A DNA stretch of 64,000 nucleotides from an uncultured Enterobacterales bacterium (GTDB lineage: Bacteria > Myxococcota_A > UBA796 > CAJQPC01), in contig CAZFLE010000004.1 of assembly GCA_964519895.1 (NCBI GenBank), forward strand, positions 301-64,300. Direction: 5' to 3'. Below the pieces are notes generated by a model. It saw only the letters and a list, made by a program, of their open reading frames with translations, did not search any database and was not told the origin of the DNA. Positions within the stretch are counted from its first letter, which is position 1. Each line of letters begins with the position of its first letter. The position numbers and the translations under genes are program-made. Shown here in pieces: positions 25,952 through 34,397 of the stretch.

Positions 25952-27313
25952 TCAACGGGCGTCTGCAGTGACCGTCACCGGGTAGAAGTCGAACCACCAC
26001 AGCCCGGTCTCGGTGTCGCTCACCACCACCTGCTCGCCATAGGGCCAGACGCCCCAGGCTCCCCGGATGTCAGGGAACTCGCCGCTCCGCTGGGCGGTCT
26101 CGTCGAAGGTGTCGTAGGAGCCGATCAGCACCGGTGCAGCGGGATCGGACACGTCGAGCACCCGGACGCCTTCCAGATACCAGGCGGCAAAGGCGTGATC
26201 CCCCCGCACGTGCACATTGTGGGCGCAGTTCGGCTCGTCCTCGGGCCACGCCGAGACCTCCTCGAGCACGTCGTAGGGGAAGCGCCAGGTCTTGATGGCG
26301 CCTCCGATGGCCTCGTGGGTCGTGAACAGGTGGGTGCCGTCGCTGGACGGCCACACGTTGTGGAAGCCGTCGGCCGGGTTGCCCGGCATCAGGGTGTGCT
26401 CCAGTACCAGGACCGGGTCGCTGGGCTCGGTCACGTCCAGGATCGCCAGGCCTCCGGGACTCGCGACGTAGAGCAAGCCGTCGACCCAGGTCACGTCGTG
26501 CACCCCCAGAGTCAGAGGCCACTCGGCGACCCACGCGGGGTCTGACGGGTCTGCCACGTCGAGGATGGTGACGGCCTCGGCGTCGAGATCGGCCAGGTAC
26601 AGGTGGCCGTCGCCGTAGTGCAGGTTGTGCACCGCCCCCGGGACCCTCGCCAGCTCGACCGGATCCGCAGGATCGCTCAGGTCCAGGATCCAGACGCCGA
26701 CGCCAGCGGGGGAATTGTCCGACGCCGCGTACACCACGCCGTCTTCGAGGTGCACGTCGCGGATCTCCCTGACGCCTTCGTGCTGGGCCACGACCATCGG
26801 GGCGGTCGGGTCCGACGCGTCGACCACGATCAGATCGGCGTCCTGGTTTCTCCCCCCGGCTGCCACGACCACGTCGCCCTCTCCCCACAGGTCCTGAAAG
26901 CCTGGGTGCGCGATCTGGGACAGCGGCACCAGGCGGTTCTCGCCCACGAGCTGCGTCAGCACCACATCGCCGCCGTACGCCTCGCCGTCGTCGGCGCTGG
27001 CTTCGACCGAGATCGTATAGACCCCGTCTGCCAGCCCGGTCAGGTGGCTCGCGGCGGTCTCCGAGAATTGGGTGACGGTGTTGCCGGCCGCGTCGACGGC
27101 CCGGACCGTGTACTGGCCGACCTCGACGCCATCGGTCCAGCTGGCCACGAGTCCGTCGCCCCCGTCCCAGGCGACGCTCTCGATCCCGGCGAACGCCGGC
27201 TGGGGCGGCTGGGTCCCGGTCTCGCCCAGGGTGGTGTCGGTGTCACAAGCGAGCAGCAGGAGCCAGGGCGTCACCGGGCCATGGTAGCTGGCTGTGTCCG
27301 AATAGAGTGTCAC
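25952..27313 (-). CDS. LVIVD-repeat beta-propeller lipoprotein
   Basis: 453 aa with a GTG start and GGGAG upstream. The lipobox is PWLLLLAC. The repeated units are DLIVVDASDPTAPMVV, VWILDLSDPADPVEL, VTILDVADPSDPAWV, LAILDVTEPSDPVLV and VRVLDVSDPAAPVLIG. Confidence 0.85.
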   Translation of the reverse strand: MTLYSDTASYHGPVTPWLLLLACDTDTTLGETGTQPPQPAFAGIESVAWDGGDGLVASWTDGVEVGQYTVRAVDAAGNTVTQFSETAASHLTGLADGVYTISVEASADDGEAYGGDVVLTQLVGENRLVPLSQIAHPGFQDLWGEGDVVVAAGGRNQDADLIVVDASDPTAPMVVAQHEGVREIRDVHLEDGVVYAASDNSPAGVGVWILDLSDPADPVELARVPGAVHNLHYGDGHLYLADLDAEAVTILDVADPSDPAWVAEWPLTLGVHDVTWVDGLLYVASPGGLAILDVTEPSDPVLVLEHTLMPGNPADGFHNVWPSSDGTHLFTTHEAIGGAIKTWRFPYDVLEEVSAWPEDEPNCAHNVHVRGDHAFAAWYLEGVRVLDVSDPAAPVLIGSYDTFDETAQRSGEFPDIRGAWGVWPYGEQVVVSDTETGLWWFDFYPVTVTADAR

Positions 27314-27677
27314 CGGAGGCTCCCGGATGTCCCGCCTGGAGATCTCCGACGCACCCTGACCGGAAGCTCCACAGCGCCGCCGGACTTGGCGGTGGCCAGC
27401 CAGCCGGAGTCGGGGTCACAGGCGAGGGTGAACAAGACCCGGGTGGCGCCTACTCGGCCCGGGGCTGCCCTCGGGCCGTCAGAAGCACCGAACGCCGCAC
27501 CTGGCACAGACAGAGGGGTCGAGTGTCGGTGCGGGGCCCGCTCTCGCACGGGTTCCCGGGTCCCGAGGCCCGCCAAGGCGCACATGTCGCCCCCGGTCCG
27601 TTCTGTCCGGCGACTCCCACCGGCACCCAGGGCCTCTGTCTGCACCAGTCGCGGCGTTCGACCCCACTGGCTGTCGT

Positions 27678-28760
27678 TTAGTCCAGCGACACCGCCGGCA
27701 GCTCGGCCGTGCCCTCGTACCCGATGGCGCCTTCCTTCAACGGGCGTGCGGCGATGCGGCCGCCCACCGTCCAGACGCCGCCGTCTGGATCCACGGTGCA
27801 GCCGTGCCAGTCCCGGGAGATCCAGGAGTCCACGCCGCGCTCCCGGTCGGACGTCCAGCTGCCATCGGCCTCGCGCCGGGCCCGCTGGCCCCGGATCCCG
27901 ACGGCCCACGACGCCCCGGCACCCGAGCAGACCCCGTTGTAGCCGGCCTCGAAGTCCGGACTCTTGTCCAGCCAGTCTGTGCCGTCGTACTCCAGGATCA
28001 GCCCATTGCCCTGGCCGCCCACCGCCACCGGGTTCTCGCCGGCCACGTCGACGGTCAGCAGTGGGGCCGTGGCGGTGTTGGTCTCGGCATCGGTGGCCAC
28101 GACCGTGAAGCCATCGCCGTCCCAGTGCATGGCACGGCCATTGGTGCCGACGATCCACAGGTCGTCCGCCGCGACGCCGTGCACCTTGTAGAAGATCTGC
28201 CGGTCGTCCCCGGGCCCCAGGTCCGGGTCCTCGAAGGTGTCCCAGGTCCCCGCGGTGCGGCGCCACAGCGCCGCCGGACCCTGGCCCCCGTCGCTCTGGC
28301 CGACGGCCCACAGGTCGTCCCCCGTCGCGCCCCAGACCCCGAAGAAGGTGATCCCGGTGTCCACGTCGGCCACCTGGGCAATGTCCCCGGTCGCACGATC
28401 GAGCTCCAGGATCAGGCCCTCGTGGCCCACGAACACCGCCTCGTCGGCGGTCACCCAGACCCACCAGAGCTCGCCCCCCGCCCAGGCCGACGTGTCCAGA
28501 CGCTCAAAGGCGGTGCCGTCGTAGTGCAGGACCACAGGGCCCGTGCCGTCGTCGGTCGCGGGAGACGCACCCACGATCCAGACGTCGTCGGCCGCCACCG
28601 CACGCACGCTCAGCAGACCGGCGGACAGGTCCTGGGCGATCAGGCAGCCCCCGTCGGCCGCGCAGCCCAGGTCGGTGGTCGCACTGTCGGTGATCGTGGA
28701 GTCGGTGGTCGTGTCGTCGGTACAGGCGATCAACGCGAGCAGCATGGATGGAAGCAACAT
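27678..28760 (-). CDS. beta-propeller-like lipoprotein (family unknown)
   Basis: Internal ATG 28760 (MLLPSMLLALIAC, lipobox) of the 532-aa track ORF. It overlaps the upstream stop by 1 nt (TGATG). The repeated blade-like units are VWIVG...HYDGT, LWAVG...WRRTAGTW, LWIVGTNGRAMHWDGDGF, NPVAVGGQGNGLILEYDGTDW and VWTVGG. Confidence 0.7.
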   Translation of the reverse strand: MLLPSMLLALIACTDDTTTDSTITDSATTDLGCAADGGCLIAQDLSAGLLSVRAVAADDVWIVGASPATDDGTGPVVLHYDGTAFERLDTSAWAGGELWWVWVTADEAVFVGHEGLILELDRATGDIAQVADVDTGITFFGVWGATGDDLWAVGQSDGGQGPAALWRRTAGTWDTFEDPDLGPGDDRQIFYKVHGVAADDLWIVGTNGRAMHWDGDGFTVVATDAETNTATAPLLTVDVAGENPVAVGGQGNGLILEYDGTDWLDKSPDFEAGYNGVCSGAGASWAVGIRGQRARREADGSWTSDRERGVDSWISRDWHGCTVDPDGGVWTVGGRIAARPLKEGAIGYEGTAELPAVSLD

Positions 28761-29137
28761 CACTCGGGTCCTCCGCAGCTGAGCCACTCCCAGAGCAGCC
28801 AGCGCTCGTCGTCGGGCAGAGCGCCCAGGTCCTTGGGCATCTGCCCGCTGTAGATCATCGACCAGGTCAGGAAGCTGTTGTTCACCGCGGCCTCGGCCGT
28901 GTCGTAGTCGAAGAACTCGGTCGCACCGTTGCGGTCGTCGCCGGTCAGCGTGGTGCTGTGGCAGCTCGTGCAGCTGGCGGTGAAGATCGACTCGACGTCG
29001 GCCCAGCCCACAGCCGTGCCGTCGGCGCAGTCCCCGAGCTCGATGGGCAGCTCGGGCTCGGCGCTGTCGCTGTCGGTGGTGGTGTTGTCCGTGCCACTGC
29101 AAGCGATCAGCAGGCCACCCAGCAGGGCGCCCGTCAC
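28760..29137 (-). CDS. small lipoprotein with c-type heme-binding CxxCH motif
   Basis: Tail of the 292-aa track ORF. GTG 29137 makes a GTGA overlap with the upstream stop; a TTG at 29182 is an alternative start. The lipobox is LLGGLLIAC. VESIFTASCTSCHS contains CxxCH in the context seen in Planctomycete-type cytochrome c domains. Confidence 0.6.
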   Translation of the reverse strand: MTGALLGGLLIACSGTDNTTTDSDSAEPELPIELGDCADGTAVGWADVESIFTASCTSCHSTTLTGDDRNGATEFFDYDTAEAAVNNSFLTWSMIYSGQMPKDLGALPDDERWLLWEWLSCGGPE

Positions 29138-29667
29138 GGCGAGCCGCCGGCGGGTCGGGTCCAGATCTCTCCGAGGTTCCAAGTGTTGTCTCCGTGGTTG
29201 TGGAGGTGGGCCCACAGGTCGGCCCCCGCGGGAACGGGGGTGCTGAGCACCTGCTCGTAGCCCGTCTGGTCGGCATCGGCGGGGATCGCCACCGTGCTGT
29301 CCCACAAGACCTGTGTGTCGAGTCGCAGGCTGATGTGTGCGCTGGCCGGCTCGTCCGCGGTCAGGGCGCTGTGCCCCCACGACAGTCCGACCGTGCCGCC
29401 AGCCTGGACGTCTGCCAGAGAGACCTGGTGGAAGGTCGCGTAGTCGCACTGGCCGGTGTCCAGCTCGAAGGCCGGCTCTCCGGCGGTGTCGACCTCGACC
29501 GCCCACGACGACGACGGGCAGTCCACCGCGTCCGGGCGGTCGTCGAAGGGGTCCTGGGCCTCGCTCACGTTGGACCACAGGGACGGGCCGGCCAGCACCT
29601 GGCGTGGCACCCCGGTGTCGTCGGTGGCGCTGGTGCAAGCCAGCAACAGCCCCAGGCTAGAGAGCAT
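29134..29667 (-). CDS. hypothetical lipoprotein
   Basis: Track ORF starts at TTG 29679; ATG 29667 is preferred (MLSSLGLLLACTSATDD, lipobox). It overlaps the stop of the upstream NHL gene by 11 nt. No family recognised. Confidence 0.6.
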   Translation of the reverse strand: MLSSLGLLLACTSATDDTGVPRQVLAGPSLWSNVSEAQDPFDDRPDAVDCPSSSWAVEVDTAGEPAFELDTGQCDYATFHQVSLADVQAGGTVGLSWGHSALTADEPASAHISLRLDTQVLWDSTVAIPADADQTGYEQVLSTPVPAGADLWAHLHNHGDNTWNLGEIWTRPAGGSP

Positions 29668-30769
29668 CGGCCGCCCCAAGCCAGCGCAGCATCCGGTGAC
29701 CCGACCGCTCGGCGATCAACAGGTCACCGTCGGGGGTCCACGCCATGCCCGCCGGCCGCTTGAGCACGAAGTCCAGGGGGTCTTCGACCCAGCTCTCGCC
29801 GGTGAGCTCCCCGGTGCCCGCGACGGTCTCGATCCCCCCGTCCAGAGCCACCACCCTCAGCACGTTGTTCTGCAGGTCCGCCACGATCACCGCGCCCTCG
29901 GCCGTCACCGCCAGCCCGACCGGACTGTCCAGCGCGGCGTCGACCGCCGGTCCGCCGTCGCCAGTGTGCCCACGCTCTCCAGAGCCCGCGACCACGACGG
30001 CGTCGAGGGTCTCCAGATCCACCGCCAGCACCCGGTGGTTGAAGGTGTCGGCCACGAGCAGGCGCCCCCTGGCGTCGTCCACCAGGACTCGCTCCGGGCT
30101 CCAGATCGCCACGTCGGGTCCATACCCCGGCTCGCCCGTGCCCCCGCTGCCGACCCCCAGGACCGTGTCGATCACGCCATCGGGGGAAACTCGGCGCACC
30201 CGGGAGAAGCTGTTGTCGCTCACGAACAGGGTCCCGTCTGCTGCAAAGGAGAACCCGCCGCCGTACCCCATCTCGGCGTCCAGGGCATCGCCCCCGTCCC
30301 CGCTGTCGGCCAGCACGCCGGTGCCTGCGACGAGCTGGAACACGCCGTCGTCGTCGACCACGATGACCCGGCCCTCGTGCTGGGGCAGCACATAGAGCCG
30401 CCCGTCGGGGCCCCAGCCCGCGTCCACGGGATTCTCCAGCGGCGAGTGCAAGGGGTCGACCCCCAGCTCGGAGTAGGCGTGGTAGCCATTGCCGGCCAGG
30501 GTCTCGATCCGCCCGTCGTCGGCCAGCACGCGGACCCGCATGTTCGAGTAGTCCACCACCACCGGCCGGCCCTGGGGATCCACGGTCACCGACGTGGGCG
30601 ACGCCAGCCGGGTCTGGAGCGCCCGCAGCCCATCGCCGTTGAAGCCCAGCTCCCCGCTGCCCGCGATCGCACAGATCCGGTCCGGCTCACAGGTCCAGTC
30701 GACACCGCTGTCGGCCCCGGAGTCGCTGCCGGTGCCGACACAAGCGGCCAGCACCGCGAACGCGATCAC
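29657..30769 (-). CDS. NHL-repeat beta-propeller lipoprotein (paralog 3)
   Basis: 370 aa. GTG start in a GTGA overlap with the upstream stop. The lipobox is AVLAAC. The repeated NHL-like units are GDGG.A..A.L..P.G.AV...G...VAD..N.R.R. Confidence 0.8.
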   Translation of the reverse strand: MIAFAVLAACVGTGSDSGADSGVDWTCEPDRICAIAGSGELGFNGDGLRALQTRLASPTSVTVDPQGRPVVVDYSNMRVRVLADDGRIETLAGNGYHAYSELGVDPLHSPLENPVDAGWGPDGRLYVLPQHEGRVIVVDDDGVFQLVAGTGVLADSGDGGDALDAEMGYGGGFSFAADGTLFVSDNSFSRVRRVSPDGVIDTVLGVGSGGTGEPGYGPDVAIWSPERVLVDDARGRLLVADTFNHRVLAVDLETLDAVVVAGSGERGHTGDGGPAVDAALDSPVGLAVTAEGAVIVADLQNNVLRVVALDGGIETVAGTGELTGESWVEDPLDFVLKRPAGMAWTPDGDLLIAERSGHRMLRWLGAADAL

Positions 30770-31947
30770 TCCGGCTCGACCACCCGGATGACGCTGTTGT
30801 AGGTGTCCGAGATGTAGACCTTGCCGTCCAGGTCCACGGCCACGCCAAAGGGCCGGTGCAGCAGGGCCTCGTTGGCAGGCCCAAAGTCGCCGCCGTAGCC
30901 GAACTCGCCACAGACCCCAGCAAAGGTGTCGATGATGCCGTCGGTGGTGATGGCCCGGACACAGCTGTTCTCGGTGTCGGCCACGTACACGGTGCCGTCG
31001 GGCCCGACCGCCACGTCAGACGGGGTGTCGAGCATGGCTTCCAGCGCCGGTCCACCGTCGCCGGAGTAGCCGCAGCCAAGGGTGCAGGTGGTGCCGTTGT
31101 CCGAGTTCTCGGGGGTCTCGCCCATGCCGGCGATGGTCTCGATGGCGTCGCCGTCGAAGTCGATGCGCCGGACCCGCCCGTTGTGGGTGTCGGCGATGTA
31201 GATGTCGCCTTCGAACATGTCGAACTTGAAGGCCGGCTCGGCCCGCTGCAGCGCGGGGCTGGCGAGCATGGTGTCCAGCAGCGTGCCGTCGCCGTTGAAG
31301 CCGTGCTCGCCGTTGCCGGCCACGGTGTCGATGACGCCGTCGGTGTCGATCCTGCGGATGCGCTGGTTCGCCATGTCCGCCAGGAAGATGTTGCCCTCGT
31401 CGTCGGTGCGGATGCCGCAGGGCAGGTCCAGCAGGGCATCGGTGGCGGGGCCGCCGTCGCCGCTGAAGTCCCGCCCGCCGGTGCCGCCGATGAACTCGAC
31501 CTGGTCGAAGTCCTTGTCGAACTTCACGACGCGGGAGTTGTGCCATGCCGCCATCACCACGCTGCCGTCGGGCAGCCAGGCCAGGTCGGTCGGGTGGTTC
31601 CACTCGGCCACCGAGGCATCGCCCTCGGGACCGTCGCCGAGCTGACCGCCCACGCCCGTCAGCACCACGACACCGTCGTTGTCGTCCAGGGTGACGACCC
31701 GGTGGTTGTTCCAGTCCAGGATCAGCGGCCAGTTCTCGGTCGGGTGGAACGCGACGTCGACGACCCAGAAGGTCGAGGCCTCCAGCCGGTGGGTGCCCTC
31801 GTCGGCGAGCCCGGCGATCTCGGGGGTGCCGAACCAGGTGCAGATCTCGCCGGGATCACAGGTCTCGGCGACGCCGCTGTCGGCGGTGGTGTCGTCGGTA
31901 CAGGCCAGCAGGGCGGTGGTCAGGCCCAGGAGTCCGAGCGTGGTCAT
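30766..31947 (-). CDS. NHL-repeat beta-propeller lipoprotein (paralog 2)
   Basis: 393 aa. ATGA overlap with the upstream stop. The lipobox is TTALLACTDDTT. NHL units include FLADMANQRIRRI, YIADTHNGRVRRI, YVADTENSCVRAI and YISDTYNSVIRVV. Confidence 0.8.
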   Translation of the reverse strand: MTTLGLLGLTTALLACTDDTTADSGVAETCDPGEICTWFGTPEIAGLADEGTHRLEASTFWVVDVAFHPTENWPLILDWNNHRVVTLDDNDGVVVLTGVGGQLGDGPEGDASVAEWNHPTDLAWLPDGSVVMAAWHNSRVVKFDKDFDQVEFIGGTGGRDFSGDGGPATDALLDLPCGIRTDDEGNIFLADMANQRIRRIDTDGVIDTVAGNGEHGFNGDGTLLDTMLASPALQRAEPAFKFDMFEGDIYIADTHNGRVRRIDFDGDAIETIAGMGETPENSDNGTTCTLGCGYSGDGGPALEAMLDTPSDVAVGPDGTVYVADTENSCVRAITTDGIIDTFAGVCGEFGYGGDFGPANEALLHRPFGVAVDLDGKVYISDTYNSVIRVVEPE

Positions 31948-33158
31948 GGGGTCACCTTGCGAATGCGGTGGTTGTAGGTGTCAGCGATGAGCAGGCTGCC
32001 GTCGCTGGCCAGGTCGATGCCGTAGGGCCGGTTCAGGGCGGTCTCGAGCGCCAGGGCGCCGTCGGCGCCATCGCCCGCTTCCCCGGTTCCGACGACCGTC
32101 TCCATGGTGCCGGCCGTCAGGTCGTAGCGCCGAATGACGTGGTTGCCCTCGTCGGCGATGTACAGGCCGTCCTCGAAGATCTCGACGTCGCGGGGGAAGC
32201 ACAGGGCGTCGGCGTCGCAGGCGTCGCCAGCCCGGGTCTGGTCCCCGGTCCCGGCCAGGGTGTCGATGGTGCCGGCGTCGACGTCCAGCACGCGGATCAC
32301 GTGGTTGCTGGTGTCGGCGATGTAGACCACCCGGCGCTCCGGGTCGTACTCGACGGCGCCGCTGGGCTCGGGCTGCAGGTCGGCCTTGTCCCAGAAGTAG
32401 AAGGACGCCTCCAGCGCATCGCCACCGTCGCCGGTGTAGTCCCAGGAGCCGTTGCCCGCGACCGTCTCGATGAGGGAATAGTCGTGGGCCACCCACCGGA
32501 TCCGAGCGTTGGACTGGGGCAGCAGCCAGAAGCTGCCGTCGGTCGTGTCGATGGCGACGGAGTTCGGGAACGCCATCAGGGCATCGCCCGCCGGTCCGCC
32601 GTCGCCAGCGAAGCCGGCGTTGGCGCCGTTGCCGTCGGTGATGTCGGTGTCGGCGCAGACCACCAGCGAGAAGCCGGTCTCCGGGGTCCACTCCCGCACG
32701 CGGTGGTTGTGCCAAGACGGCACCAGGAGCTTCTCGGTGACCGGGTTCCACTCGACCGACGTGGGGTGGTTCAGTGCGACTTCGGTGCCGTGGATGCCCG
32801 TGCCTTCGCGCTCCTGGAAGTCCGGGTCGCCGTCGCCCAGGAAGTCCGTGCCGATGATGGTCGACATGACGCCGTCCTGGACCAGCCGGATCTTGTGGTT
32901 GTTCCAGTCGGCCAGGAAGAACTCGTCGGCGCTGTTCCAGACGGTCACGTCCATCGGCGCGTAGAGCGGGGTCAGCAACGCGTCGGACTCGTTCTCGTTG
33001 GCGCCGGGGGTGCCGGTGCCCGCGACGGTGCAGACGACGCCCGAGGGCGTGCAGTCGGCAGCGGCGATGCCGGAGTCTCCGGTGGTGGTGTCGTCGGTGC
33101 AGCCGACGGCGAGGAGCAGGGGAAGGGTCAGGCCGAGTGAACGCAGGGGGGCAACCAT
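31944..33158 (-). CDS. NHL-repeat beta-propeller lipoprotein (paralog 1, first gene of operon)
   Basis: 404 aa. The lipobox is LPLLLAVGCTDDTT. NHL units include FLADWNNHKIRLV, YIADTSNHVIRVL, YIADEGNHVIRRY and LIADTYNHRIRKV. Confidence 0.8.
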   Translation of the reverse strand: MVAPLRSLGLTLPLLLAVGCTDDTTTGDSGIAAADCTPSGVVCTVAGTGTPGANENESDALLTPLYAPMDVTVWNSADEFFLADWNNHKIRLVQDGVMSTIIGTDFLGDGDPDFQEREGTGIHGTEVALNHPTSVEWNPVTEKLLVPSWHNHRVREWTPETGFSLVVCADTDITDGNGANAGFAGDGGPAGDALMAFPNSVAIDTTDGSFWLLPQSNARIRWVAHDYSLIETVAGNGSWDYTGDGGDALEASFYFWDKADLQPEPSGAVEYDPERRVVYIADTSNHVIRVLDVDAGTIDTLAGTGDQTRAGDACDADALCFPRDVEIFEDGLYIADEGNHVIRRYDLTAGTMETVVGTGEAGDGADGALALETALNRPYGIDLASDGSLLIADTYNHRIRKVTP

Positions 33159-33290
33159 TGGGCACCTGGGACGATGGGCAGCGGAGGCGCGGGGTCAGTC
33201 GGTGGAGGGCAGCGCGGCTGCCCGTTCGGTGACGAGGCTCTCCGAGAGTGAACGCCCTGCTACATAGCAGGCCTGAGCAGAGATCGCGCT

Positions 33291-34274
33291 ATGGAAAGTG
33301 GCGTGATCCCCTGGTTGTACCTGCTCGCCTGCGTCCCGCTTCCGTTCTTGGACCAGGACATGCCCGGCCCGACTCCGGACACCGGGACGCCTCAGACGAC
33401 CGGCACTCGCGACACGAACGCGGACAGCAGTGCGATCGACTCCACACCCCTGGTGGACAGCAGCAGAGACACAGCGCCGCCCATGGACACCGCACCACCG
33501 CGGCTGTGCAACGGCCGCCAGGACCTGTGCGATCGCCCCTTCGATCGGGTGGTGCTGCCCGGCACGCACAACAGCATGTCCAACGCCGACGACGGCTGGA
33601 TCGTGCCCAACCAGACCCACGGCATCCCCCAGCAGCTCGACGACGGCATTCGGGCGCTGTTGCTCGACACCCACGACTTCTACGGCGAGCCGCACCTGTG
33701 CCACAGCAACTGCTACCTGGGCGCCCTGCCGCTCGTGGACGGCCTGGCCGCCATCACCGCCTTCCTCCAGGCCGAGCCCGACCAGGTCCTGGCCCTGATC
33801 TTCGAGGACCACATCGGGGCCCCCGAGACCGAGGCGGCGTTCGCGGCGTCCGGGCTGGACGCCTTTGTCTACACCCACCCTGGCGGCGCCTGGCCGACCC
33901 TGGCCGAGCTCATCGACGCCGGCACCCGGGTCGTGGTGGGGGCCGAGAACGCCGGGCCCCCCCCGGACTGGTACGCCCACGCCTGGGACCAGTGGCAGGA
34001 CACGCCCTACACCTTCTGGCACGAGGACGACTTCAGCTGCGAGCTGAACCGGGGAAGCGCGGACAACCCGTTGTTCCTGGTGAATCACTGGCTCGGCAAC
34101 CCGGTCGCGAACAGCTGGACCGCCGAGATCGCCAATGGCGCCGAGATCCTCGAGTCGCGGGCAGCAGAGTGCGAAGCGGTCCGCGGCCGCCTGCCCGGGG
34201 TCGTGGCCGTGGACTTCTACGAGCTCGGCGACCTCTTCACCGTCGTCGACGCCCTCAACGACCGGGCGGGCTGA
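33291..34274 (+). CDS. PI-PLC X-domain (PLC-like phosphodiesterase) lipoprotein
   Basis: 327 aa. The lipobox is WLYLLAC, followed by a Thr/Asp/Pro linker. VVLPGTHNSMS..DDGW..PNQ...I..QL..GIRALLLDTH matches the PI-PLC X catalytic region (PGTH(D/N)S). Confidence 0.75.
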   Translation: MESGVIPWLYLLACVPLPFLDQDMPGPTPDTGTPQTTGTRDTNADSSAIDSTPLVDSSRDTAPPMDTAPPRLCNGRQDLCDRPFDRVVLPGTHNSMSNADDGWIVPNQTHGIPQQLDDGIRALLLDTHDFYGEPHLCHSNCYLGALPLVDGLAAITAFLQAEPDQVLALIFEDHIGAPETEAAFAASGLDAFVYTHPGGAWPTLAELIDAGTRVVVGAENAGPPPDWYAHAWDQWQDTPYTFWHEDDFSCELNRGSADNPLFLVNHWLGNPVANSWTAEIANGAEILESRAAECEAVRGRLPGVVAVDFYELGDLFTVVDALNDRAG

Positions 34275-34397
34275 CGGCCGAACAGCCCCACACCCCAGGT
34301 AGGATGAGGCGATTCGGTGAGGGGACGCGAAAGCTCGTCCCGTCGTGGATCGATGGGTGGAGGGGGGCCTCTTCGGTTCCTCGAGGCGGGACGACAC

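Noticed and set aside
27314-27677. Possible small gene or sigma-54 promoter (TGGCAC at ~27500) in the 364-bp gap upstream of the LVIVD gene
   Set aside because: The TGGCAC is on the + strand, where there is no downstream gene, and it lacks a TTGC element at the right spacing. The track ORFs here (62-124 aa) are Arg/Gly/Pro-rich with no start context. I left the region as unassigned intergenic.
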